NCBI GenBank assembly: GCA_009602725.1
Contig: WELB01000002.1
Location: 545,780 to 579,522 of the forward strand
Reading direction: 5' to 3'
Source of the DNA: Spirogloea muscicola
Taxonomy: Eukaryota
DNA length: 33,743 bases
Below are positions 1-11,399 of this stretch, piece by piece; within the stretch, counting starts at the first letter, position 1; the number at the start of each line of letters is the position of its first letter. The notes under the pieces were generated by a model that made no database searches, was not told the DNA's origin, and worked only from the letters and a program-made list of their open reading frames with translations. Both the position numbers and the translations under genes were made by a program.

Positions 1-135
1 CTATTTGTGCACATAAGAGCCTGATTGCTAGCCACATTGGCTTTACAACTCTCAGGAAGTCGTAGTGCAATTGCAAGTCCATGCAATCCTGCTGAAGTGT
101 GCAGCTTAAAGGACAAGCCTTCCAACATAGTGCAG

Positions 136-3100
136 ATTAAGCGGAGAGTTCCCCGCTTCGCTGGCGAAATTGTCCCTCTTACAGGTCCTTGTCGTTTCGA
201 ACAATCGGTAAGTGATTACGCACGAACGTGGCAAGCTAAGTACTGATGGTCGTCTGGAACAAAACAGAGAAGTCAAAGTCTAAGCCAACCAAACATGAAA
301 ACCCCTGATGTCATCTCTCCTTGCTGCCGCCATGCAGTATATCTAGAAGCCTGCCCGCCGAGCTTGGGAGGAGTGGAAATTTCATTGATCTTATCCTCTC
401 CAACAACAAGTACTCTCAATACTGCACTCCTCTCCAAATTAGTGTGACGGTGTGGCTGGCCAGCCACAGCAGTATGTCTGACGTTTTCATCGAGACTGCT
501 CCCGTGCATATTGAGGTCTGCTTGATGCATGAATGCATGTTGAGTAACTTGATCTGACACAGACCTGAACAGGCTGACAGGCTCCCTGCCACCAGCAGTT
601 GGCAACTGCCGGAATCTGACAATTCTTGAGCTTAATAATAAGTGCGCAGTCCTGCACCTCTGCTTTTCTACTTTATGTCACATATGCTGCACGATAGACA
701 TGGTCATTCACTGTCAAGCCTGCAGTCGTAGAAGTGTGTCAGCATAGTGGGGCTCTGCTACAGTGTTGTATTGATACCGCATGTGTTCAGGCGTTTGACT
801 AAGAAAATCATGAGACAGACACGTTGCATTTCAATGTCTGATTCTGATAGTAGAAGTCACAAACAGTGGGACTCTGCTGAAGTATTATAATGCATATCAC
901 AGTCTTCTTGCTTGTGGGACCTGTGAAAATGCTGCTCACAGTCTCTCATCACCTTTCCACAGACTCAGTGGGCTCATCCCTCCATCATATGGCAACTTGG
1001 CTAATTTGTCAAGCCTCTTGCTGTACTCCAACAAGTGGGTATTTCTCCCTTACTGTCGACTCAAGTTTTGGCATTGATGAATCTTGAACCTGACAACTTC
1101 CATGCTACCTTCCTTGAAGTCAGGATACAAATCATCATAGTCAGCTGCCACGGCATTGTTTTATAGAGCCCTTCCTCCTGTACCAATCACAGATTATCGG
1201 GCCACATACCGAAGCAGCTAAGCAAGTGCAAAAAGCTCCGATACCTGGACCTGAGCTTCAACTTGTAAGGGGTTTCTTGCCGCCCATGTCAACTGCTTGG
1301 GTGACTATCTAGTTTCTCAAGGAGGCTTGTGTGCGTGGCTCCAGTCTCCACTCTCGGTGTAGCTTCCAAGATCTTATTTGTCCACAGTATGTCCAACACC
1401 AACCCCTATAACTCGTAAGGTGGCACTCTGCATTTTGAATATAGCAGGCTTGTTGGAGGGGTACCGCGAGAGCTTGGGGAGCTGCCAAATCTCCTCGGCT
1501 TTCAGGCAAGCAACAACAGGTGAAAGAAGCATGAAGTTCAAGAGTCGGCAGCCGATCACAGCATGTGACTGTAGATATTTGTGATCGCGTATGATATTCA
1601 TCACGCCTGCAGTGTAAGGCCAACTGGATTTAGCGCGCTGTTTCAGTCTGTGCTATGTATGAGGTCGACCTTGCAGGTGTCAGATCACCCACTATCAAAT
1701 GCTCGTTTCGTGTCAGCTTGGAGGGTGGAATGCCACCAGAGCTTGCTAATTGCAGGGCAATGGTCAACCTGGATCTGAGCTACAACAGGTGCCGAGCTAG
1801 GACTGCGTCTTCAGTGGAGCCATTGCTTGCCTGAATTACCATGTCAGCAGATGAAAGATTTGCAGAAGAGTCACAGCTGGCTTTGTCACTTAGCGACTCA
1901 CTCGTAAATACTGGCAGGTTAAGCGGCCACCTGCCACCTCAGCTGGGAAGGCTTGTGCTGCTCAACGGGCTTCGGCTTGCTGGCAACAGCCTTTCAGGAC
2001 CGATCCCGACAACCTTCTCCAACCTAGAGAACTTGCAAGTACTGGACATGGAGGGTAACAACTTCTCTGGCCCATTTCCAGAGTGGCTTGGCAACCTGAG
2101 CAGTGCATTGAGTGTTAATCTAGGTCACAACAACTTGACCAGAGGAGTACCTGCGAGCATTCGAAGTCTGCAGAATGCTCAAATTCTTGACATCTCCAAC
2201 AACCGCCTAAATGGCAGTCTCCCCCCAGAAATTGGAGGATTAAGCAAGCTCAATACATTTTCGGCTGCAAGCAACTCATTCAGCGGGCCCTTACCGGAGC
2301 ATATCGGCATTTTGCCGAGGCTTACCTATCTCGATCTTTCCAACAATTATCTCAATGGCAGCATCCCGGCGACCTTTGCTAATCTGAGTCTTACTCGATT
2401 CTTTAACATCTCAAATAACAACCTCAGTGGGCCCATTCCTGGCGGCTCTATTGGTCAGTACAGCAGCAGCTCCTTCTCTGGCAATGGCGCCTTGTGTGGT
2501 GGCCCTTACGTGGCCTGCAAGACAGCTCCCCCACCTCGTTCTCTTCCTCCTTCCCCACCACCTCCGGAGCACAAGTCGTCGAGCTTATCAGGGGGGGCAA
2601 TTGCCGGCATTGTTCTTGGGGCTGTTATCGTCCTCCTCCTGTTGCTGGGACTTCTCCTGCTGTGTTGCTTAGCTCCAAAGAAGGACAAAAGTATGACAGA
2701 CAGAAAGCGAAGCATTGAGGACTTTTGCTCCAAGTTGTCCATCACTCAGGATAGACTCCAAGCTCCCTTCACCTACGAGGAGCTCATGCTTGCAACTGAT
2801 GACTTCAATGACAACCATATTGTCGGCACAGGGGGCTTCGGGAAGGTCTATGGGTACGTACACTGCCCTGCTTGCAAGCTGTGTGCAGATTGTGGTGCTT
2901 GGTGTCCCGGTCATATTTTGTCATATAACTCTTTCTTATCCTATGGCACAAACACTCATCCATAACGATGCAAAATGCTGTGCAGTGCGCAGATGAAGGA
3001 TGGGCAAAAGTATGCAGTGAAGAGGCTAGCGCCAGACAGCAAGCAAGGTCTGAGAGAGGTGCAGGTTGAGGTGGAGATACTGAGTCGCATTCGTCACCGC

Positions 3101-4026
3101 AATCTGGTCCCGCTACGGGGCTGATACATCCCTAAGGACATCGACGTGGACATGCTGCTCATCTATCCATTCTTGCCTGGCGGGACTCTTGACCAACTGG
3201 TGCACGGGGGGAGGGCCGTGCCTCCAAAGCCAGAAGGGTACGATCACTGGGCTGCACGTAAGAAGGTCATAATGGGTGCAGCAGTTGGGCTTAAGTACCT
3301 GCATCACGAGTGCGAACCTCGGGTGCTGCATAGGGACGTCAAGCCAAGCAACACCTTGTTGGATGAACATGGTCAAGGGTACATGGTGGATTTTGGGCTT
3401 GCACGAAGCTTTCAGGCACATGACACGCACGTGTCAACCATGGCTGCAGGTACTTTCTTCGAGCACTTCAGTGGCACTGTGCTTTGTCATTGGCTTCTTT
3501 GGCAAGGAGGGCGAGTTTCTCCCTGCAATTACTTGTACATGCTGGTTGTGGCATCTCAGACTAACAGCCTCGTACAGAGAGCAGTCAGGTCTCCTGCAAG
3601 TCATGAACGCAACACCATGACTGCTGCATATCCGCAGGCACAGTTGGATATTGGGCTCCAGATTGCGCTCTGGGCCAATTGACTGAGCGAAGCGATGTCT
3701 TCAGTTTTGGAGTCATGATTCTGGAGACCGTCACCGGGAAGCGACCTGTTGACCCTTTCTTCCAAACTGAGATAGCAATTGGGGGCAACTTGATCAGTTG
3801 GGTGCGATCATGCCTTCGCAATGAGAAGCCTTTGGAGTGCATCGATATGGCTCTAGCTCCATTTGATCCCCAGAACGTGGATGAGATGAAGGGAGCCTTA
3901 AAAGCAGGGCTATTTTGCTGCTCCAATACTCCAAATCAAAGGCCACCAATGAATGACGTTGTTGAAATGCTCCAGAATCTCCGAGCATTTGGTGCAGGTT
4001 TGACATTACCTAAAGTGCTGAGTTGA
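136..4026 (+). pseudogene. LRR receptor-like kinase copy 1 (5' part outside window); premature TGA in the kinase domain
   Basis: AG/GT-bounded single-LRR exons at 136-207, 338-409, 573-641 (69 nt), 963-1034, 1193-1264, 1448-1519 and 1717-1788. Large exon 1918-2853 encodes LRRs, C-cap LCGGP, Pro-rich linker, TM and GTGGFG. Kinase exons 2986-3449 (AVKRL, HRDVKPSN, DFG) and 3638-4026 (GTVGYWAPD, SDVFSFG). In-frame TGA at 3122-3124 where copy 3 has TGG (RGWYIP). Confidence 0.9.
1918..2853 (+). CDS. Large exon of LRR-RLK copy 1: C-terminal LRRs, cap, Pro-rich linker, transmembrane helix, start of kinase
   Basis: Within ORF 1841..2965; LxxLxLxxNxLxGxIP repeats, TM AIAGIVLGAVIVLLLLLGLLLLCCL, FTYEEL...IVGTGGFGKVY; acceptor ctggcag, donor gg|gtacgt. 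Confidence 0.9.
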
Positions 4027-4154
4027 CTATCTCAGAGGGACTGATGCCACCCATTATTACTTCTGATGATTTTCTTGGTTTTGTTGTTTATAGCCAAATA
4101 CCTTGGCAATAGACGATGTATATATGAGACGCCTGACGTTGAAAATCTGATGCT

Positions 4155-5785
4155 ACAGATGCGGTGCAATCAGTTGTCAGGGGTCCATGGGCACGGCCCC
4201 CTGGCTTTGTTTGCCCTGCTGACCATTTTTAGCACGATATCAAGAAGCAGGCTGGAATTGAGGCACTGAGAAGTTGAGAGAGTGAGTGATATGTCGAAAA
4301 GAGGGAGAAGAGAGACAATGTTAATGGCGAGCGTAAGAAGAAAGGAGGTGACCGAAAACGAAGCGAAGTCGGACGGGCAGCAGGAGAAGAATAAGGCGTG
4401 AGACCGAGGAATGACTCAAGAGGTTATTCAGCTTCCTAGGCTCGGCAGTAACGCCATTGGCGTGCCAGTAGCAACATGACAAGCGCTTCGCACACGTGTC
4501 ATACCCAGTCTGGAGCAGTGGCTACACGGCTAACAACCACAACAAACACTGGTGGTCTTCGTCATTGCGAGAGTAATCTACTAATACCTACGCACTGCTT
4601 GTCATTGATCAGCGGTCTGGAGAACAGAACTGGCAAGAAGCAGATCAATGCAGACCCTGTGAAGGATCATCAATGAGTGACCTGATCTCAAGAATGACGC
4701 TGGGTTTGCGCATGCTCCCGCTGACTGCATGTCTTCACATGAATTTGGAAGTTGTCGACTATTATGACGGAGATTCGGGCGGGTCAAGGGCTATCAATGC
4801 TCGGGACGATCCTTTGAGCCGTGGCAGCAGGGCTGCCGAGGTGTGCACAGCCGGCACTCCCGCCAGACGCGTCTTATTGTCCGAGTGCATTGTTTGGCCT
4901 TCTACTTGCAAAAGCGAGCCTTCAGCGGCTCTCACAAAGAGGAGCGTGTCCACAATTGTGAGCTCAAGCTCATGCTTTGCACCAAGGCTGGACGAGCTTC
5001 ATCTGGTTGCAGTAGGGCTTGGGACCTGCTAGCCAGTGTTCGAGCATCACTTAGCGACCTTTACATGTTGACCTCGTGGTCCCTGAGATGCACGTCAGCT
5101 CAGCAGCTTAGCTCCAATCCCGGACGCCTAATGGCACCTTGAGTGCCACTGTCAGCGCCTGAAAGCCCCAGGCCTTAATGATATACTTCGCTTTCGTGCC
5201 CAATCTTGACGAGTTGCTGGACAAGCTGAAGGGATGCCGTGTGTATTGAGTGATGGAGGGCCTGAGTGGCCAAGTACAAAGTCAAGCACATGACAGATGT
5301 ACATCACCGCTGTTAAGTTGATCCGCTCAGTAACCACGAGTCATACGGAAAGCTCGCTACTATATGCCCGATTCCGGACACTAAATGACAAGCCCTTGTG
5401 CCACCCGCTAAAGCTCGACCAGCTTTCTGGTGCTGAACGGTGCCAGGGTCTCTGCAAGTATGTACATGACAGCAAGTCACTGGCAAAGTAGGACGACTCA
5501 GGTCACGATACTCAGATGAATTTCTCTGTTCCGTTGTATTCATTTCAGAAAAACTTTGTCCAAAGCAACAAACAGATGTCAGTATAACAGTGGTCGAATG
5601 TCTATAAGTGAGGGTCCACCGGGACTACCCTTGTAGCCGTTGCTGTAAAGTGGAAGAATTGTTCTTTCAAAAGCGTGTAGCGAGGTCTATCTCCTTCTTT
5701 TTGGGCTGGCTTTGCCAGCCACTCTTCTCTATGGGCGAGCAATTCCTATCCCCTTAGGACATGCTGTGACGGTACCTGTAAGGAA
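4155..5785. repeat. Segmental duplication of the region downstream of RLK copy 1; inverted partner at ~22450-23955
   Basis: Collinear reverse-complement similarity throughout, e.g. ggggtccatgggcacggcccc vs revcomp of ~23912-23932, and ggacatgctgtgacggtacc vs revcomp of ~22458-22477. Confidence 0.85.
4845..5460. mobile_element. Two degenerate 3' fragments of a CRE-like non-LTR retrotransposon (DLYVLTRGY subfamily), in opposite orientations
   Basis: KAGRA...SDLYMLT on + (~4845-5085) and HQKAGRALAGG plus 3'UTR on - (~5270-5460); matches copies near 17.1, 20.1, 22.7 and 23.1 kb. Confidence 0.6.
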
Positions 5786-5850
5786 CCTCAGCCCTACACA
5801 CGCAAGTAGAGTGAGTCGTCCTTTTTATGTTCGGCTGTAGGGGTTTAGAG

Positions 5851-7430
5851 GAAGAAAGGGCTCGCCCATTGAGGATAGGGGCTGGACAAGCCAGCCCAAA
5901 AAAGAATGAACAAAGAACGAGAAGGGGGCCAGAGGAAGCCAGAGGAAGCGCTAAGAAACCAAAGCAGACAAAGAAAGAAAGCAGCTACAAATCACTCAGT
6001 AACCCCTGCTAAGCAGCCGCAAATCAGAGAGGCTAGGGTCCTGGAAGTGGGTCCCCTGGACAGAGCCAGAGGCAGCAGCGAGGGCTCTCCCGGCACGAAG
6101 GTGCAGCGCACGGGCCATGGACCTCTGCAGCGAGACGGCCAAGCGCATGCGATACACTTGCGCCAGCGACCCGGCTGCAGGAAAGTCTACCGGTTCACCA
6201 TGGAAGCGACGGGCGATTGCGTGGCGGGCGAGCTGGTTAAGTAGCTCAAGCCACCGAGCGCCCAGTGCCCCATGGATGTCAATTGCCAACGGGAAGAACT
6301 CGTCTTCCGGTGGATGGTCGGCGTACTTGATCTCTTTTGCCCGAGCGGCGCAGGCGACCGCATACCCAGCCTTGGTGGCAGACTGGGCTGGGTGGGAGCG
6401 GTCAAATGCGTCGGTAGTCACCACATCCAGAAGCAGACGTGGCCCGCCGGCCTGTGGGGTGGCCACCAGGTCGACGCGACGAGCGTGGAGACCGTCGGCC
6501 CTGGCCTGGAGCGGCATGACGCCGGAGTGCTCCGCTGCCACCGCGAAGCCAGCCTCCACCAGGATGCTGTGCATCGCGTCCCGGAGGCGGTCGTGGGCCG
6601 CCGTCCTCTCGCCGCCATGGGAACAGCGCAGGACGTGAGCAGCCAGCTCGCCAGGCTTGGCCCCTCGCTCGCCACACTGGCATTGACGCACGCCCTGGAG
6701 GCATGGAGGCGGCAGCCCCAGGAGCCGGTGGACGGCAGTGCGAAACACCTCATCTGGGAGGGTCAGGGCGTCAGTGATGGGGAGTGCCTGGAGCCACGCC
6801 GCTGCCCCCGGGGAGGAGGCCGAATGTAGTCTCGCGCGCCCGCGCAGGTCAGCCTCAGGAAGCTGCAGCACGGCGGTGGTGTAGGCGGCCTTGTCGACGA
6901 CGGCCGCGAAGCGCGCTTGGACGCGCAGGTCAGCGGTGTGCGCGAGGTGCGCAAAGGAGACCGCCTGGCCGGCCATGTCGGGGTGCGCCGCGAGCAGCTC
7001 CTGGTGGGCGGTGCGAAGCGCCACCTGGAACGGCAGCGCGCCTTTGTCCACCTCCACCACCGCCTGCTCCAGTGCACGCCGGCCATGGACCATGAAGCGC
7101 TGAGCCACGGAGGCGGCAGTCTGCGCCCAGCTGCCGAGGTATGCAGCCCGGCATGAGCGGACGAGCGGGCGCAGGCCGAGACCCCCGTGGCTGATGGGTA
7201 GCGCCGCCTGGTGGATAGCGGCTGGCGACTGGGGGAAGCCCTGGTGGCGGACCAGGGCCGCCAAGCTCGCCACCATGCCCGCGTCGAAAGTCGCGTACGC
7301 CGCCAATGCCTCTGGGGACGGCGGGGTGGCCCGCGTCAAGTACTGGGGCCGCTGCCCGATGGCCTTGGTCAGCATGGCCAAGGACAGCTGCATATCCTCC
7401 AGCTCGGGGAGCCGGGCCGAGGAGCGAAGC
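5851..7430 (-). mobile_element. 5'-truncated RLE-type non-LTR retrotransposon (CRE-clade-like), young subfamily A, with 3'UTR 5851-5995
   Basis: Carries ORF 5996..7393. Its 3' ~250 nt is almost identical to the copy at 25951-26199. Ends ...GGGCGAGCCCTTTCTTC with no poly(A). Confidence 0.88.
5996..7393 (-). CDS. C-terminal part of retrotransposon polyprotein: RT thumb region, CCHC zinc knuckle, restriction-like endonuclease
   Basis: LPISHGGLGLR, GAAAWLQALP, CQCG..AHVLRCSHGGERTAAHD (knuckle plus RHD-like motif), RRVDL..LLLDVVT..KEIKY..FFPLAIDIHGALG (PD-(D/E)xK-type RLE). No RT catalytic core; the ATG is internal. Confidence 0.88.
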   Translation of the reverse strand: MQLSLAMLTKAIGQRPQYLTRATPPSPEALAAYATFDAGMVASLAALVRHQGFPQSPAAIHQAALPISHGGLGLRPLVRSCRAAYLGSWAQTAASVAQRFMVHGRRALEQAVVEVDKGALPFQVALRTAHQELLAAHPDMAGQAVSFAHLAHTADLRVQARFAAVVDKAAYTTAVLQLPEADLRGRARLHSASSPGAAAWLQALPITDALTLPDEVFRTAVHRLLGLPPPCLQGVRQCQCGERGAKPGELAAHVLRCSHGGERTAAHDRLRDAMHSILVEAGFAVAAEHSGVMPLQARADGLHARRVDLVATPQAGGPRLLLDVVTTDAFDRSHPAQSATKAGYAVACAARAKEIKYADHPPEDEFFPLAIDIHGALGARWLELLNQLARHAIARRFHGEPVDFPAAGSLAQVYRMRLAVSLQRSMARALHLRAGRALAAASGSVQGTHFQDPSLSDLRLLSRGY

Positions 7431-8094
7431 CACTACACGGTGAAGCACTGACGCATAGGCGCAGCGGAAGACAGGCCCTGTGGCGCCGCCGTCCGGCGGC
7501 GACTTCACCTCCTGGGCGCAAGCCAGCGGCTGTCCCCCAAGGGGCGCAGCCATGGACTCCCCGCAGCGAGCCCCGCAGCAGGCTGCGGCGGCGGCTGCGG
7601 CGGCAAGCAGCGGCAAGGCTGCTCTCAGGCTTCACCGGCGGGCCCAAGGTCCCCCCCTTGGCAGGGTGGAACCTGGCGAGGGGACGGGCGGGACTCGCTC
7701 GCACCTGTGCGGGCCAGTTGTCCGTCAAACGGCTGGCGGTCATGTAACGTAACAGCACTGTGTGGCATAACCAAACGGCGGATCGTTACACACCTGCCCA
7801 CTCTGGTTTTCACGTCCTCGGGAACAACGAGAAAGCAAGCGCGGCCACATTACCGGTGGCTGGGAGAGGCCAGCCCAAAGGAATGGACAGGGTCTGAAGG
7901 AGCCGGAGTGCTACGAGAAAACAGCCGGCAGGTATTACGATGCCTGACGAATGCGGCCTCTACCAAGCCTAGGAGGATCAACACCCTTGGCCTAGGTGTT
8001 CCCAAAGAGCAGGCGGACAATCTGCCAGATTGGCCGCAGGCTGCCACGTGATGTGCTCAGGCCCATTACAGAGCCACTTCACCAGATACTCATG

Positions 8095-9000
8095 GGTCTT
8101 GGACGACGTTGTTCTTATCGCCGCAGCGAAAGCAACCTTTCCCCTCCATAGCTGGCTTCTCCAAGCGTCTCATGGGAACGAATGTGCAGCCCCTCCTTGG
8201 GCCGAAATTCTTTCGGTCCCCTCTCTGCCTCAGCAGATACTCCCGCCTCAAGCAGGGAGCGCTTGCCAATACACGTAGGTAAGGTTCAGCACCTTCCTGG
8301 CGTGCTCCACCAGCTGGGGCAAGCTGGCAAGGGCTGCGAGGTCACGGAGTGCACAGCGACCCACCTCCGCATCGGCTCGGGCAGCCCAGCCTCAAAGCGC
8401 TGGCACTGATCGACAGCTTTCATAGGCTCGTTGCACAGCTTTGAGACCGGCAGCCTGAACTGCCGCACATGGTCCTCAAAGTCCCCGCCAGACGAGTAGC
8501 ATCCAGCTCATCACGAGCCTGCAGCTCCCCATGAATTTCACCATACACGTGGTGAACGAGCCCGAGAAATACTTTTAGGTGTTGCACACCTCTGGCGTGG
8601 AAGTCTTCGTCATGGTGTCCCACCACGGGGATCTCTGACGAGATAATTAGCGGCAAGCTCATCTTGCCGACACGTCCGTGCCACTGAGCACGGACCACTC
8701 ACTTATCTCGCTGAGCCACGCGTACAGTCCACCATGGTCAGATTGACCAGAAAATCGCTGAAATTGGGCGGCCCTGGCAAGTCCATGCGCAGCATTTCCC
8801 CGGCTCTGGCGCATCAGATGCGCCTCAGCCCCGACCCCTTGCAAACGCCTGTCGCCGGCCCGAAGCCGGCCGAGCAAGCTTTGCACCTCCCCACACAACG
8901 CCCCCAGTAGAACGTGGGAGGATGGATCCAGCACAGCCTTGGCTGCCTCCAAGTGCTCCTTGAGGAGTGCAACACGTTGCATCTCCCCAGCCGACAGGCC
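8095..9000 (-). mobile_element. Degenerate LTR-retrotransposon gag (Ty3/gypsy-like) remnant
   Basis: Frameshifted pieces FSG..LYAWLSEISEW, QARDELDA..DFEDHVRQFR..DQCQRFEAGLP (capsid-like) and GCFRCGDKNNVVQD (decayed zinc knuckle, ~8095-8140). Confidence 0.65.
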
Positions 9001-10490
9001 CTCATGACCTGCGGCCCGAGCTTGGCGTGCTCGTCAGGGACTTGCCCCGCAGTAGCCACTGCTGGCTCCGCAGCAGCCGCTGCCTCAGCAGCCGGCCGGT
9101 CTACCTCCCGAGGGGGGCTAGGCCGCGTACTGGAGGTGTGCGACTCATGCCGTCTGAGGAACATTGAGTGCTCAAGTCAGGCTCCGGCAGTCAGCATAGA
9201 GAACATCGCAAGACTGCTGCAGCAGCGAGCGAGCAAGCAAGGCAGCGCGCTAGCCATACCTCCAAACAGCAGGCAGGCAGACAGCCGCAGATAGGGCCAA
9301 GACCGATGCACAAGATCGATGCTGGCCACACGACTAACCTTCACCACACAAAGGCTGCCTAAATCCCCATCTCAAAGTAGTTGATATGCAGCAAGTGGTC
9401 CATCACAAAGGATGTACAAAGTCTGAAAGGGCCGGATGGCGCAAATAGCAGGATGCTAGTCTCCAGAATGTCAGTAAGTGGGAGCTAAAGAGCAGGATCA
9501 CTTCTCTGTCATACTTTTGTCCTTCCGTGCTAAGCAACACAGCCGGAGCAGTGCCAGCAACAGGAGGAGAAGGACAACAACAGCCCCAACAACAATGCCA
9601 GCAGTGCCCCCCCTGATAAGCTCGACGACTTGTGCTCTGGAGGCGGTGGCGAAGGAGGTGTCTTGCAGGCCACGTAAGGGCCGCCACACAAGTCGCCATT
9701 GCCAGAGAAGGAGCTGCTATTGTAGTGACCGATAGAACCGCCAGGAATGGGCCCACTGAGGTTGTTATTTGAGACGTTGAAGAAGGAAGTAAGGTTCAAA
9801 TTAGCAAAGGACGCCGGGATGCTGCCATTGAGGTCGTTATTGGAAAGATCGAGGTATGTAAGACTCGGCAAGTTGCCAATCTGCTCCGGAATGGGCCCGC
9901 TGAATGAGTTGCTTGCGGCCGAAAATGCAATGAGCTTGCTTAACTCTCCAATTTCCACAGGGAGACTTCCACTTAGGCGGTTGTTGGAGATGTCAAGATC
10001 TCGGAGATCTTGCAGACTCCGAATGCTCGCAGGTACTCCTCCGGTCAAGTTGTTGTGAGCTAGGTAGATACCCAACACATCGCTTAGGTTGCCAAGCCAC
10101 TCTGGGAATGGGCCAGATAGATTGTTATTTTCCATCCCCAGCAATTGCAAGTTCTCCAGGTTGGAGAAGGTTGTCGGGATCGGTCCAGAGAGCTTGTTGT
10201 CATCAAGCGAGAGATCGTTGAGCAGCACAAGTCTCCCCAACTGAGGTGGCACAAGGCCAGTTAACCTGCCAGTAAGTGCAAATGAGCTGCTAAAAATGCC
10301 AGCTGTGGCTCTTCTGCACTTTATGTATCTGCTGACATGGCAAATCAGGCAACTTATAAAGCAGTCACAGCTCAGCACCTGTTGAAGCTCAGGTCCAGAC
10401 TGATCAACCCCCTGCAATCAGCGAGCTCTGGTGGCACTCCACCCTCCAAGCTGACACCAAACACGCATTTGGCAGGCGGTGAATTAACAC

Positions 10491-11393
10491 CAATAGCAGT
10501 CAGCTCCCTCATGAAGTGGGAGCTTGTTGCACGAGATGACCTGCACGTAGGGACAGCAGAGCAGGCCTACATGATCGAAACTTGGGCAAAAGGCATACTG
10601 GAGCCTACTGGTTGTGATCGACCCAGAGAGCGCTGAGATTGGTGCAGATTCCCAACTCCGATGGTAGGGGACCAGAAAAACTGCATCGCAACGAAGAGCT
10701 TCGACTACTGTCAACCTTCTCCTTAGCTTCGTGAACGATGACAACTTCATCTACCAGACACACTCGCAACTGAGTTGATATTGTCGAGCTCACTGTGTCT
10801 CAAGGTAACTCCTTGCAAAGATGCCTTGATGCAATATGCACGGCAACAGTCTGGTAGGAGAGTCTTGCTGATACTTACTTATTGCTCCCCAAAAGTAACA
10901 GTCTCAACATTCGAAGGTTGCCAATGCTTGAAGGTATGACTCCCGTTAATCTGAACGCAAGACAACCACAGGGCATTGGCATATGTGCCACTTGGTCCAT
11001 GAATGAAATGCCTTGAAGTTATGATGATGCCTTGATCAGCCTGATCAGCCTGATCAGCCTTGATCCTCTTATGTGCACAAATAGCAGTCAGCTCCCTCAT
11101 GAAGTGGGAGCTTGTTGCACGAGATGACCTGCACGTGGGGACAGCAGAGCAGGCCTACATGCTCGAAACTTGGGCAAAAGGCATACTGGAGCCTACTGGT
11201 TGTCATTGACATAGAGATTGCTGAGACTGGCGCAGCTTCCCAACTCCAATGGTAAGGGACCAGTAAGGCTGCATCGCAACGAAGAGCTTCGATTACTGTT
11301 CACCTTCTCCTTAGCTTTGTGACCAATGACCACTTCATCAATCAGACACACTGGCAACTGAGTTGATGTTGTCAAGCTCACTGTGTCGCAAGG
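10491..11393. repeat. Direct duplication of LRR exon 'B' with flanking introns (10491-10805 and 11079-11393)
   Basis: aatagcagtcagctccctcatgaagtgggagc...ctcactgtgtc.caagg occurs twice, 588 nt apart; a (TGATCAGCC)3 repeat lies near the junction at ~11033-11065. Confidence 0.92.
10851..11016 (-). repeat. Inverted repeat, left arm (LRR exon 'A2' plus intron flanks); partner 13095-13260
   Basis: Reverse complement aligns without gaps to 13095-13260, including an identical ccttcaagcattggcaaccttcgaatgttgag core. Confidence 0.92.
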
Positions 11394-11399
11394 ACACTA

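Noticed and set aside
3122..3124. TGA as recoded Trp/Sec or an editing site (also TAG at 18562)
   Set aside because: TGA ends these same genes normally (4024-4026, 30673-30675); single G->A transitions in decaying copies are simpler.
6117..7758. Many overlapping long ORFs on both strands
   Set aside because: Shadow frames of the GC-rich retrotransposon ORF, with no domain motifs.
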